Positions 1 to 14,075 are shown, counted from the stretch's first letter. The stretch is DNA of 64,000 bases from Octopus vulgaris (GCA_951406725.2 OX597838.1:8742001-8806000); one strand, 5' to 3'. The notes: generated from the letters alone by a model not told the origin. A program made the numbers and translations.

Positions 1-95
1 TGCCAGATCAAGATTGGAGCCTGGTGCAGCCATCTGGTTCGCCAACCCTCAGTCATTCGTCCAACCCATGCTAGCATGGAAAGCAGATGTTAAAC

Positions 96-128
<33 letters not shown>

Positions 129-778
129 TGAGAGTTTGGTCAAAGAGAAAAGTATCTGTCTTCATCCCTTTCAATCTGATCCACCACACGTCTCTCGCTA
201 AGGCCACCAGGCAAAATAATAACCATTTACATCTGTTTTTCCGTGTTATCATGGGTTAGACAGGCACCACAGCCTCTCACAGGGTTGTCATAGTTCTGCA
301 TCATCTCCAACACACATCGTCAGGAAAAACCAAACCCCATTTATACACTAGAGATGTTGCCTCCATCACTGTACATCATTCTTTTCTTGGATATTTTTTT
401 TCCATTTTTTTGGCAAAGAGGGTATCAGGAGTATTCCCTATTAGCTAAAAACCTTTCCACTTTATAACAGTGAGAGTATTTAATTGAACCTTTTGAACTT
501 TTACTTACTCTCATCTTTGGCCAACCATTTTAAAGAATGGTCTGCATATGTGTTACTCTGCCACCAGCACCAGAGAAGGTGTCTCTGGCGGAAAAAAAAA
601 AGAAGAAAAATAATATTAAGAACAAAGCCTTCTGTTATATAAATATTTATTTCAAATAAAAAGGCACTCACACACATATATATATATATACATAAACTGT
701 TCTATAGCTATAGACAGACAGACAGATAGATAGAGAGGAATCTTGCAACATATAGATTTATATATATATATATATATA

Positions 779-977
779 GTTAATCCAAACATGAAAACAC
801 AAAGAGAAAACACAACGCGAGGACGTGGAACAAGTATAGTATTATTGGACGCTCAGGAAAGAAGGAGGGTTTAACGTTTCGAGCAGAGCTTTTCGTCAGA
901 AACGTAGGAAAAGGAAAAATCCAAAGAACGGAAGACGGAGGAAAAAAATCGCCATGCGGATACACATGCGGTCACAT
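779..977 (-). mobile_element. ~200 bp hammerhead-bearing repeat (Penelope pLTR-derived or retrozyme-like) inserted at (TA)n
   Basis: Homologous to 13053-13265; more distant relatives at 20447-20630 and 22503-22690; partial copy near 23655-23725. Confidence 0.55.
869..903 (-). ncRNA. Minimal hammerhead ribozyme motif in a ~200 bp repeat
   Basis: GUUU-CUGACGA-A-AAGC-UCU-GCUC-GAAAC-GUU-AAAC; core intact, A.C mismatch at the base of stem II. Confidence 0.55.
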
Positions 978-1506
978 ATCTATATGATGGACTCTCCTGT
1001 CGTTAGACGAAATATAAGGGTTTGACAATTTCTTACTGAACAGCCACACAGATGATTTGCTTATAGTGATCAAATGCCTGTGTAGACATCAGCTCACTCC
1101 CTCCATCAGATCGATATTACCTGTACAGGTGCAATGGGTGCCAAATGTCAGATGTCAAAATGTTCGCAGAACAACATGAAATAAAGTTGCTTTGCAACAC
1201 CTGGTCTGGAAATCAAACCCACGATCTCGCAATCATGAGTGCAACACCATAAACCACTAAGCCATGCACCTTCACATATACATATATATATATATATTCT
1301 CTTTTTACTTGTTTCAGTCATTTGACTGCGGCCATGCTGGAGCACTGCCTTTAATCGAGCAACTCAACCCGACTTATTCTTTGTAAGCCCAGTACTTATT
1401 CTATCAGTCTCTTTTGCCGAACCGCTAAGTGACGGGGACATAAACACACCAGCATCAGTTGTCAAACAATGCTAGGGGGACAAACACAGACACACAAACA
1501 TACACG

Positions 1507-1541
<35 letters not shown>

Positions 1542-2388
1542 ATATATACGACGGGCTTCTCTCAGTTTCCGTCTACCAAATCCACTCACAAGGCTTTGGT
1601 CGGCCCGAGGCTATAGTAGAAGACACCCGCCCAAGATGCCACGCAGTGGGACTGAACCCGGAAGCATGTGGTTGGTAAACAAGCTACTTACCACACAGCC
1701 ACTCCTGCACCTGTATATATATAGATTACATTAGTCGAAGCTCATGGCTTTGTAGTTGGACTTACAATTGCAAGATTGTGGCTTTGATTCCTGGCCTGAG
1801 TGTTTCATTGTGTCCTTGAGCAAGACACTTCATTTCATGTTGCTCCAGTCAAGTAAGTTGGCAAAAATGAACAATCCTGCAACAGACTAGCATCCCATCC
1901 AAGGATTCCACAAGACCCAAGAACCAGCCCTATGAGTCTATAGCTCAGGTAGGACCTTTTGGATCCTTTTGGTAGATCTCATTTAATTAGGGTTCAGGCA
2001 TATAATCAGTGAAATTATAACTGGTGTTAGAGAAAACTATTGGAGAAATATAGAGAAAGAGACAATACAGTATTGAACTGTATGGTATTGATTGATTGTA
2101 AATGTGAGGTAGGCGGGGGGGGGGGTCTGAACAGTTCCATACAATGATACATCAATTACTGCCATGATATTAACAAAAACAGAAAAAGAAACAATGAAAA
2201 AATAAAAAGTGTCAAAACTGCCACAACTTGGCCAAGGCAACACCCTATGCAGCTGAACAAATTTCAGTTTTCCTGCATTCATTGAGCTACATATGAACAT
2301 ATGAAGATATATATATATATTCTTTTATATGTTTCAGCCTTGAGGCTGTGGTCATGCTGGAGCACTGCATGTATATACAAAAGCATCT

Positions 2389-2483
2389 TCATAAGAAGTC
2401 CTGCACTTTCACTTTGCGTCGTATGGCATTTGAAAAACCTTCTTTGAATCGAAACCAAATCACTTTCCTCAGTGGGTTCTTTT
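2389..2483 (-). CDS. CHTF18: CHTF18 last coding exon ([30 protein letters not shown])
   Basis: Conserved C-terminal Dcc1/Ctf8-binding motif WFRFxEGxSNAxRR; TGA at 2389-2391. Confidence 0.95.
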
Positions 2484-3693
2484 CTGAAAGGAATAAATGA
2501 GCATAACAAAAAAAATAAATAATAATAATAATTAATTATGAAAGAAGTTTAAGAAAAGAATAAAACAATTAATAAACAAAATAATAATGTTTTAAAATGT
2601 AGGAATTATTATCAAGTGTGTTTAAGTTGTATAAATGCCACATGGCAGAAGAGATGCAGACACTAAAAGTAAGAGATTCACAGAGGAACTGTACATTGGG
2701 CTGCAGAGTGACTGCATATTAGACAGTAGAGATATTATATGTTGGATGTTAAGGCGGCGAGCTGGCAGAAGCGTTAGCACGCCGGGTGAAATGCTTAGCG
2801 GTATTTCGTCTGCGTTACGTTGTGAGTTCGAATTCCGCCAAGGTCGACTTTGCCTTTCATCCTTTTGGGGTCGATTAAATAAGTACCAGTTACGCACTGG
2901 GGTCGATGTAATCGACTTAATACCTATGTCTGTCCTTGTTTGTCCCCTCTGTGTTTAGCCCCTTGTGTGTAATAAAGAAATAGGTATTGTATGTTGGATT
3001 GTAGAGGTAATTGTCAAAGACACTATTTCCCCATGACCAGAAATGTTTTCATGGAAGATTGGAAATGAATGGTACTTTCTGTATGACGGTGACACTCGCT
3101 GGCTAACACTATGCTGTGGAAAGGCTACACACACACACACACAGGTACACATCATGGGTGAGCTGGCAGAATCGTTAGCACGTCGGGCGAAATGCTTAGC
3201 GGTATTTCGGCTGCCGTTACGTTGTGAGTTCAAATTCCGCCAAGGTCGACTTTGCCTTTCATCCTTTCGGGGTCGATAAATTAAGTACCAGTTACGCACT
3301 GGGGTCGATGTAATCGACTTAATACCTATGTCTGTCCTTGTTTGTCCCCTCTGTGTTTAGCCCCTTGTGGGTAATAAAGAAATAGGTATTGTATGTTGGA
3401 TTGTAGAGGTAATTGTCAAAGACACTAATTCCCCATGACCAGAAATGTTTTCATGGAAGATTGGAAATGAATGGTACTTTCTGTATGATGGTGACACTCA
3501 CTGGCTAACACTATGCTGTGGAAAGACTACACACACACACACACACACAGGTACACATCATGATTCAATGTCTTTCTTCCATGCTGCTATGAGTTGGATG
3601 GCTTGAAAGGGGCTGGCAAGCCTGAGGATTACACCAAGTTCTATTGCCTGCTTTGGTATGGTTTCTATGGCTGGATACTCACCCTAACACCCC

Positions 3694-3724
<31 letters not shown>

Positions 3725-5213
3725 GCGTATCCTTTTATTCTTTTACTTGTTTCAGTCATTTGACTGCAGCCATACTGGAGCACCATCTCGAGGGGTTTTT
3801 GGTCTACGAAATCGACCCCCCAGGATTTCTTCTTTGTAAGCCTAGTATTTATTTTATTAGTCTCCTTTGCTGAACTGCTACGTTACAGGACATAAACACA
3901 CCAACATCGGTTGCCAAGTGATGGTGTGGGTGGGGTGGGGGGTGGGGGTCAAACACACACACACAGTTCAAATTTACAGAAAACAAAAGACGAGATTGTG
4001 TTGCCATTGTTGTTGTTGTTGCTGGTGGTGGTGGTGGTGGTGGTGGTAATGGTGGTGGTGGATGATGTTAGTGGTGGAGCGGAGGAAGGTAATAGCACAA
4101 AGAAGTGTTGTATTTTGGTGGCAATGGTGTTAGCAATGGCAAGGGTGGCAATAGTAACAGCAAAGCCAGTAGTAGCAGCAGTAGTAGTGGTGGTGTTGGT
4201 TGCAACAGCAGCAGCAGCAGCGGCAGTAGTAGTAGTAGTAGTAGTAGTAATAGTAGTAGTAATGGTAGTGGTGGTTGCAGTAGTGGTGGTGGTGGTAATG
4301 GTGGTGGTGGTTGCAGTAGTGGTGGAGGTGGTGGTGGTTGTGGTAGTGGTGATGGTGGTGGTGGTTGCAGTAGTGGTGATGGTGGTTGTGGTGGTGGTGA
4401 TGGTGGCGGTAGTAGTAGTAGAGTGGTGGTAGTGGTAGTAGTAGTAGTAGTAGTAGTGGTGGTAGTGGTAGTAGTAGTAGTGGTGGTAGTGGTAGTAGTA
4501 GTAGAGTGGTGGTAGTGGTAGTAGTAGTAGAGTGGTGGTAGTAGTAGTAGTAGTAGTGATGTTGGTGGTGGTGGTGGTTGCAGTAGTGGTGGTGGTGGTG
4601 GTGGCGGCAGCAGCAGTGGTGGTGACGGTAGTAGTAGTAGAAGCAGTAGTAGTAGTAGTGGTGGTGGTGGTGGTGGTGGTGGTGGTGAGGCGGGTGTTGT
4701 ATTCTGGTGGAGGTAAAGCATTTAACAGAGGTCGGATGTTGTTAACGAAGTTTTGTTTGTTTTGTGTGCAGAGGTGTTGGCAGTAGTGTGGTGGTGGTGG
4801 TGGTGGTGGTGGTGGTGGTGGTGGTGGTGGTGGTGGTGGTGGTGGTGGTGGTGGTGGTGCTGCTGTGGTTTGTACCATTAGTCTTCATGCTAGTTCTCTC
4901 ACCTCTGCATCCTCACCCACCACCACCACCACCACTCCTCCCTCGCCCAACCCCCCTACCACCCACCCCCACACACACACCTTCAATAATTTATAGTACT
5001 TCCAACAGTTCACACCTCCAGCGCTTTCCTAAACACCACCACCGCAACCACCACCCCACCACCCCCAACCAACACTTGCTACTGTAACAAACAAATTTCC
5101 CCTCCCCCCCGCCGGCAGCCTCTCCGCCTCTCCTCCCTTGCCCACCACCACCATCATCATCACCGTTGCCTCTGCACTACTGCTACATGTACTGAAACTA
5201 CAATCTGTCACCA

Positions 5214-5253
<40 letters not shown>

Positions 5254-5855
5254 CGCCACTACTACTACTACTACTGCTGCTGCTACTACTGCTGCTGCTA
5301 CTAGTACTACTACCACCACAACTACTACTATTACCGCCACTACTACTACCACCACTACTGCTACTACTACCGCCACTACTACTACCACCACAACCAGAAC
5401 ACAAGCCATCAACACTACTAATACCACACACACATGTATTCTTTTTTTTTTTATTCTTTCACTTGTTTCAGTCAGCTGACTGCGGCCATGCTGCAGCATT
5501 GCCTTTTAGTCGTACTTATTCTATCGGTCTCTTTTGCCGCACCGCTAAGTTACGGGGATGTAAACACACCAGCATTGGTCGTCAAGCAATTGTGGCGAGG
5601 GGTGGGGTGCAAACCCTGACACACACACACATATATATATACTCTCTCTTTACTCTATTACTTGTTTCAGTCATTTGACTGCGGCCATGCTGGAGCACCG
5701 CCTTTAGTCGAGCAACTCGACCCCGGGACTTATTCTTTTTGTAAGCCCAGTACTTATTCTATCGGTCTCTTTTGCCGAACTGCTAAGTGATGGGGACGTA
5801 AACACACCAGCATCGGTTGTCAAGCAATGCTAGGGGAACAAACACAGACACACAA

Positions 5856-5893
<38 letters not shown>

Positions 5894-6033
5894 ATATATA
5901 CGACAGGCTTCTTTCAGTTTCCGTCTACCAAATCCCGGGGCTATAGCAGAAGACACTTGCCCAAGATGCCACGCAGTGGGACTGAACCCGGAACCATGAG
6001 GTAGGTTAGCAAGCTACTTACCACACAGCCACT

Positions 6034-6078
<45 letters not shown>

Positions 6079-6314
6079 GACAAGCTTCTTTCAGTTTCCA
6101 TCCACCAAATCCACTCACAAGGCTTTGGTTGGCCCAAGGCTATAGTAGAAGACACTTGCCCAAGGTGCCACGCAGTGGGACTGAACCCAGAACCATGTGG
6201 TTGGGAAGCAAGCCACTTACCACACATACACGCCTGCGCTTATATATGTGTATGTATATGAAATACACACAAAGATATAATATACACACGTGTGTGTATG
6301 TATGTATATGATGG

Positions 6315-6346
<32 letters not shown>

Positions 6347-6603
6347 TGGTGGCGATAATGATGGCTTTCTTCTCTTTCCAGATGGTAACCTTTAATTTAT
6401 GATTCGTTAAATATGCGTTGCACATACCTTTCGCAACAACATTAGGGCCCGCTTGAGAGGAGGAGACTGGTTGCTTAATGATACGGCCAAAGAAATCCCG
6501 CTCCGTCTGAAAGAAGGAAAAGAAAAAGATCCATGAAACTTCCTGGCAAATTATGGTAAAAAAAAAAGAAAAGAAATAGTGAAAGGAAATATTAACCAGA
6601 TAT

Positions 6604-6640
<37 letters not shown>

Positions 6641-7579
6641 ATATATACATCATATATATGTATATATATATATGTGTATATATATATATATATACATCAT
6701 ATATATGTATATATATATATATGTGTATATATGTGTATATATATATACACCATATATATGTATATATATATATATATATATGTGTATATATATATATGTT
6801 AGTTAGTTAGTTAGTTAGTTAATTTGGCTCAAAAGCAAATAGCAAAGCCATGTAGGGGGACATGGAGTTAAGTACAGGGTGGTGTTCATGTAAAGAGTTC
6901 AGGCCACTCGAGGTCCAGGGAGGCTTTGAACAAAGCGGTCGTCGGCATCTTCACCATCTCGTCTGGCAGCTTGTTCCACGGATCCGCAACCCGGACTGAG
7001 AAAGCTCTTCTCCTTCGATTGAGATGAAATCGTCGCAGGTAGAGCTTTTCGGAATGACCCCGCAGCCGACACTCTGGAGCAGGAGTGAAGAACAGCTCTT
7101 TCGAGAGGTTACACTTTCCGCTTATGATGTTGTGGGCAAGAATGAGATCACTACGGCGGCGGCGTTTTTCAAGAGAATAAAGGTCGAGCGTCCTCAGCCT
7201 TTCTTCGTAGGACAAATTTTTGAGACCATGAACCATGCGGGTAGCCAGCTTCTGGACTCTTTCGAGATGCTGTATGTCTTTGAGGAGATAAGGAGAAGAG
7301 GCTTGAATCCCATACTCCAATATGGGTCTCACCAGCATGACATAGAGTGGTAGGAATATGGCTGCTGTGAGCATTCCGAATGACCGTCGAATCAAGAACA
7401 GAATTCCGCGTGCTTTGTTGGCAGCATGGACGCACTGGGCCGAAGGCGAAAAGGAGGAATCCACCAAGATACCTAGGTCCTTTACCTGATCGGTCCTCTC
7501 CAGCAGCAGACAACCCGGCTCGAAATCAAGTTGAGTTGCAGGAGTAGAGCCGACAGGCAGATGACAGCACTTTGACACG

Positions 7580-7635
<56 letters not shown>

Positions 7636-7702
7636 CATATATATGTATATATATATATGTGTGTATATATATATATATATATACATCATATATATGTATA
7701 TA

Positions 7703-7741
<39 letters not shown>

Positions 7742-7935
7742 CATATGTATATATATATGTGTATATATATATATATATATATACATCATATATATGTATA
7801 TATATATATGTGTGTATATATATATATATATATACATCATATGTATATATATGTGTATATATATATATATATATACATCATATATATGTATATATATGTG
7901 TGTATATATATATATACATACATCATATGTATATA

Positions 7936-7982
<47 letters not shown>

Positions 7983-10900
7983 TATATGTATATATATATA
8001 TGTGTATATATATATATATAAGAGAACAAAGTGTATGTACGCCGCTATGTATATATATATATATATTTATAATAAGTGTAGATCGTATACGAGTGGGTAT
8101 ATATTTATAAAAAGAAGTTTGAAAACGCCACTATATTAGATAAATTTTCATTTTCTTAAAAATTTTACATGTTTCGGTTCTTCTTGAAAAAACGAACCTT
8201 ATCAAAAATATTTTAAAAAGTTAAGTGTAATAAAAAAGTTCATAATATAGGCGCAGGAGTGGCTGTGTGGTAAGTAGCTTGCTAACCAACCACATGGTTC
8301 CGGGTTCAGTCCCACTGCGTGGCATCTTGGGCAAGTGTCTTCTGCTATAGCCCCGGGCCGACCAATGCCTTGTGAGTGGATTTGGTAGACGGAAACTGAA
8401 AGAAGCCTGTCGTATATATGTATATATATATATATGTATGTGTGTGTTTGTGTGTCTGTGTTTGTCCCCCTAGCATTGCTTAACAACCGATGCTGGTGTG
8501 TTTACGTCCCCGTCACTTAGCGGTTCGGCAAAACAGACCGATAGAATAAGTACTGGGCTTACAAAGAATAAGTCCCGGGGTCGATTTGCTCGACTAAAGG
8601 CGGTGCTCCAGCATGGCCGCCGTCAAATGACTGAAAGAAGTAAAATAGTAAATAGTAAATTGTTTCTTAATTGCCTCAAGAGAATCCATGTGGTGGTTTT
8701 TTGTGGGGAGTAAGCATAATAGCTGTCTTATGTGTTCGAATAAAACTAAGGTAATAAATATAAAATACAAATTGGGACAAGAATGCAAAACATCCGGACA
8801 ACTAGGTGATACAAAAAGGGACAACAAAACATCCAGATAGACGATACAAAAAAAACAAGGACGGGTCATTCGAAGCCTTTTATCTTCAGTCAAGAATCAG
8901 ATCATCCTCGCAATTTCAGCTGATTAATCTTGAGATTGCTTCCAATCTGGCCAGCCCCAAAGAAAAACTAAGCAAGGAAAATCTAATGCTCTTAGCTTAG
9001 TTTTTCCTTGGGGCTGGCCAGATTGGAGGAGGAGGAGGGTGGTGGGGAGGGGAGGAGGGGGAATGGAATTCTAATCCAGTGACAACTTACATGCTCCTTG
9101 AAGCCGACTGATTGTGGTACTAACTTCTGTTTATGGTTTGGTATGACATCAGTTGTGGTGGTGGTCGTGGTTGTACTGCTGCAACAGACAGGAGCAAGTT
9201 TAGTGTTTAAACACATCTACTGAGGTATAGTTTCTGCACACACACACACACCTTAAGTGTCAACCAATGGCTACGATACACACATACACATGCATAGACA
9301 CCCACACACACATACATACAGAGACATACACACATAGACACACATACGCACATATGTACATGCATATAGACAGGCACACACACACACACACACAGCTTAA
9401 GTGTCAACCAATGACAGAGACACACACATGCACACATATGTACATGCATACAGGCAGACACACACACGCACATACACACACGCACGCACACATACATACA
9501 TACATAAGCAAATATTTGCAACAAGTGTGTACACCTGTAAGTAAGCACCTGTTGCATTAGAACAATATGAAAACATTATCACAAAGAGAGAAATCACTGA
9601 AAAAGCCTGCAAATGGCAAGAAAAGGGTTTTGACCAAAAAAAGAAAACAAGAAAAAAACAACTGATTCTTTAACCAACAAGTTAAACAAATGATTGCTTA
9701 ATTAGTTGGACAGATATTTAACCAATTGACCAATTATAAAGAAGTGAAATTGAACCAGTGCATGTGTTATTAATATTGGCATTATGACCCTCCCTAGACA
9801 CAACAAAATTATCAGAAACAACACAGAATAGGGAAGAATTAAAGAATCATAGAATTAGGAATGGAAGAATAAAAAAAAAACGGTTCTGCTTCATTGTTAC
9901 TTAGTCTTCCCTACAAACGCATGTGTGTGTGTGAATGTTTATGCTCTGTACTCTTAACATACACTTTTGCAACCTCTGTCCACCCATCCTGCTGTTCTTC
10001 TACCCAACCCAGGGCCCACCCTGACATTTCATTGCTCTCCCCCACCCACACCTTAATCTCTCTTTCCAGCTCCCTGCCCCCTCATTATTCTCCCCTTCTT
10101 TACTCTAACATAAGCAACCGTGTATCTCCTCTACACCAAGAAACCTGTTCTGTTCTGGCCCTTTCTTTCATACTTTAACCCCTCATTTCTCAGCATGAAG
10201 TTGCCCCTCCTCATTCACTCACCTCACTCTCTCTCTCTCTCTCTCTCTCTCTTGTAGCCCCACTCAGCCAAATGGGATCTTAATCTTGCAACCTCACTAG
10301 GGCTGGAGCCAGGAATACCTATTTTTTTATTACCCACAAGGGGCTAAACACAGAGGGGACAAACAAGGACAGACATAGGTATTAAGTCGATTACATCGAC
10401 CCCAGTGCGTAACTGGTACTTACTTTATCGACCCCGAAAGGATGAAAGGCAAAGTCGACCTCGGCGGAATTTGAACTCACAACGTAATGACAGATGAAAT
10501 ACGGCTACGCATTTCGCCAGGCGTGCTAACGTTTCTGCCAGCTGGAGCCAGGAAAACCAAAAGCACTCAGGGCACCTAGCTGTAGAAAACCAGGCCAAAT
10601 GAGAAGCACAAAGCAGTCCTTGGACCAATTGGATCCTGTCACACCATCCAAAAAGGATAATGGATGTTAAATGATGATGCTGGTGGAATTGGTGGTGGTG
10701 GTGGTAGTGGATGGTGACATTGTTGATATTTTCTCGTGCCGGTGGCACGTAAAGAGCACCATCCGTTCGTGGCCGTTTGCCAGCCTCGTCTGGCACCTGT
10801 GCAGGTGGCACGTAAAAAGCAGCATCCGATCGTGGCCGTTTGCCAGCCTCGTCTGGCACCTGTGCAGGTGGCACGTAAAAAGCACCCACTACACTCACAG

Positions 10901-11974
10901 AGTGGTTGGCATTAGGAAGGGCATCCAGCCGTAGAAACACTGCCAGAGCAGACTAGAGCCTGGTGCGGCCTCCTGGCTTCCCAGACCCCAGTTGAACCGT
11001 CCAACCCATGCTAGCATGGAAAGCGGACGCTAAACGATGATGATGATGATGATGAAATCATACAGTAACTTTGTGTTTTCAAAGAGTAACAGTGAGAGAA
11101 ACAGAGAGAGAGAGAGAGGGAGTAACAGTGAGAAAGAGAGAGAGAGAGAGAGAGAAATACTGACTTTTCATTCCTTATCTGTACAGAAGAGGACTTGTCA
11201 GCCATCCTCATCTTCTCTGCTGCAATCTGAAACGTCAAAGAACAATAAGATATCAACAGGAACAGCTAAGATCAAAGTGTTATACACACACACACACACA
11301 CACATATATATACATACACACACACACCCACAACCCATGCCAGCATGGAAAGCAGACGTTAAACAATAATGATGATGACACACACACAAAACATTTCAAA
11401 AGTAAATAGGTTCCATTTTGCTTCTTTTTTTTTTATGAACGATTTATTTCTAGAATCAAAATAATGTCATTTGATGCATTTAAATACTTAATCTAGTATT
11501 TAATAGACATAATGCCCTGTGTAGTTTATAATGATTTAATTAATTTGGACGTCATACTAAAGAGTAGTAGATAATAAGGTCTAATTAGGAGTGTCTATTT
11601 ACTTTCAAGATGTCTGTGTATACACTTCTACAAAAAACACATATATATCCACATATACACACCCAAGGCTACACAAATTCACAGCTTCCGTGCCGGTGGC
11701 ACGTAAAATGTACCAATCCGATCGTGGCCGTTTGCCAGCCTCGCCTGGCCCCCGTGCCGGTGGCATGTAAAAAGCACCATCCGACCGTGGCCGTTTGCCA
11801 GCCTCGCCTGGCACGTAAAAAGCACCCACTACACTCACGGAATGGTTGGTGTTAGGAAGGGCATCCAGCCGTAGGAACCTTGCCAGATCAGACTGGAACC
11901 TGGTGCAACCTTCTGGCTTCCCAGATCCCCGGTCGAACCGTCCAACCCATGACAGCATGGAGAGCGGACGTTAA

Positions 11975-12008
<34 letters not shown>

Positions 12009-12627
12009 GCCCCAGCACTCAACCAGTACCTCCTCTCTCTCTCTCTTTCTCTCTCCGCTCCCCCACCCCACCCCATCTACTTACCTCCCGAGCAATCATT
12101 TGTTTCGTTGCATAAGTCAACTGCTTCTGTTGCTTCATCCCAGGGAACTTGACAACCTCTTCAATGTTACTAAAGAAGAAAAAGAAGACAAAAAAAACAT
12201 CAAAATACAACAGTGTGGCCCCACAAAGGGATTTCGACACAATCTACTGAACTGCAGGATGATCTTCTACATAATCCCTTGTTTTCTATTATAATTGCAT
12301 CCGCAGCTGTGGCTGTGTGGTAAGAAGCTAGCTTCCCAACCACATGGTTCTGGGTTCAGTCCCACTGCGTGGCACCTTGGGCAAGTGTCTTCTACAATAG
12401 CCTTGGGCTGACCAAACCTTTGTGAGGGGATTCGGTAGACAGAAACTGAACAAAGCCTGTCATGTATATTAGGGGTCATCTCATAAATAATACCGTTTTC
12501 TCAATTGCATGAACTAAAAATCAGAGGGGGATGGGATAAACTACCTGCATCAACTTGCCGTAAAAGCAGGTAGTAATTTTACCATGTCCTTATTCTTGGT
12601 ACAAGTTTTGATGAGTGCTGTTTCTCC

Positions 12628-12665
<38 letters not shown>

Positions 12666-13462
12666 CGCAGGAGTGGCTGTGTGGTAAGTAGCTTGCTTAC
12701 CAACCACATGGTTCCGGGTTCAGTCCCATTGCGTGGCATCTTGGGCAAGTGTCTTCTGCTATAGCCCCGGGCCGACCAATGCCTAGTGAGTGGATTTAGT
12801 AGACGGAAACTGAAAGAAGCCTGTCGTATATATGTATATATGTGTGTGTTTGTCCCCCTAGCATTGCTTGACAACCGATGCTGGTGTGTTTACGTTCCCG
12901 TCACTTAGCGGTTCGGCAAAAGAGACCGATAGAATAAGTACTGGGCTTACAAAGAATAAGTCCCGGGGTCGATTTGCTTGACTAAAGGCGGTGCTCCAGC
13001 AAATGACTGAAACAAGTAAAAGAGTAAAAGAGTAAAGAGTATATATATATATAGTTAATCCAAACAAGAGAACACAAAAAAACACAACAACGCAAGGACG
13101 TGGAACAAATATAGTATTTATTGGACGCTCAGGAGAGTAAGGAAAGAAGGAGGGTTTAACGTTGTTTCGAGCGGAGCTCTTCGTCGGAAACATAGGAGAA
13201 GGAAAGATCCAGAGAAGGGAAGACAGAGGAAAAAAAAATCACCAACGGTACACACGCAGTCACATATATATATATATATACACGTGTTAATTATATTAAG
13301 GACAATTAATTTATTATTATTAATTAATTAATGCATTTATATTTAAAGACAAATTATATACTTAGTATTAATTTTTTCCTTAATTGGCTTTTTTCACGCT
13401 CACTACCTGATAATATCTTATATAGATTTTATCCTTATACTTGATATATATATACATACATA

Positions 13463-13497
<35 letters not shown>

Positions 13498-13729
13498 GCG
13501 TGTGTGTCTTTGTATTTGTGCTCATTTCCCATTACCCACTTGACAACCGGTGTTGGTGTGTTTACATCCATGTAAGTTAACAGTTCTGCAAAGGAGTTCA
13601 ATAGAATAAGTACCAGGCTTTAAAAAAAAAGAAGTACTTGGAGGGGGGTCAATTCATTCGACTAAAAATTCTACAAGGCGGTGCTCCAGCATGGCCGCAG
13701 TCCAATGACTGAAATAAGTAAAGACAAAA

Positions 13730-13809
<80 letters not shown>

Positions 13810-13830
13810 GGGAGAGAGAGACAGACAGAC

Positions 13831-13861
<31 letters not shown>

Positions 13862-13880
13862 TACAGAGAGAGAGAGAGAC

Positions 13881-13925
<45 letters not shown>

Positions 13926-14038
13926 TACAGAGAGAGAGACAGAGAGAGACAGACAGACAGACAGACAGAGGGAGAGAGAGAGACAGACAGAGACAGAGAC
14001 AGAGAGAGACAGACAGACATACAGAGAGAGAGAGAGAC

Positions 14039-14075
<37 letters not shown>

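Noticed and set aside
3911-5499. Long poly-T/V/P/S ORFs resembling mucins
   Set aside because: Stop-free trinucleotide repeats open in many frames on both strands; intronic.
6886-7689. 267 aa ORF as a host gene
   Set aside because: It is a truncated CR1 LINE RT fused to microsatellite-derived YI repeats.
8860-8905. Hammerhead-like CUGAAGA...CGAAU on the minus strand
   Set aside because: No GAAA, poor stem II and no convincing cleavage triplet.
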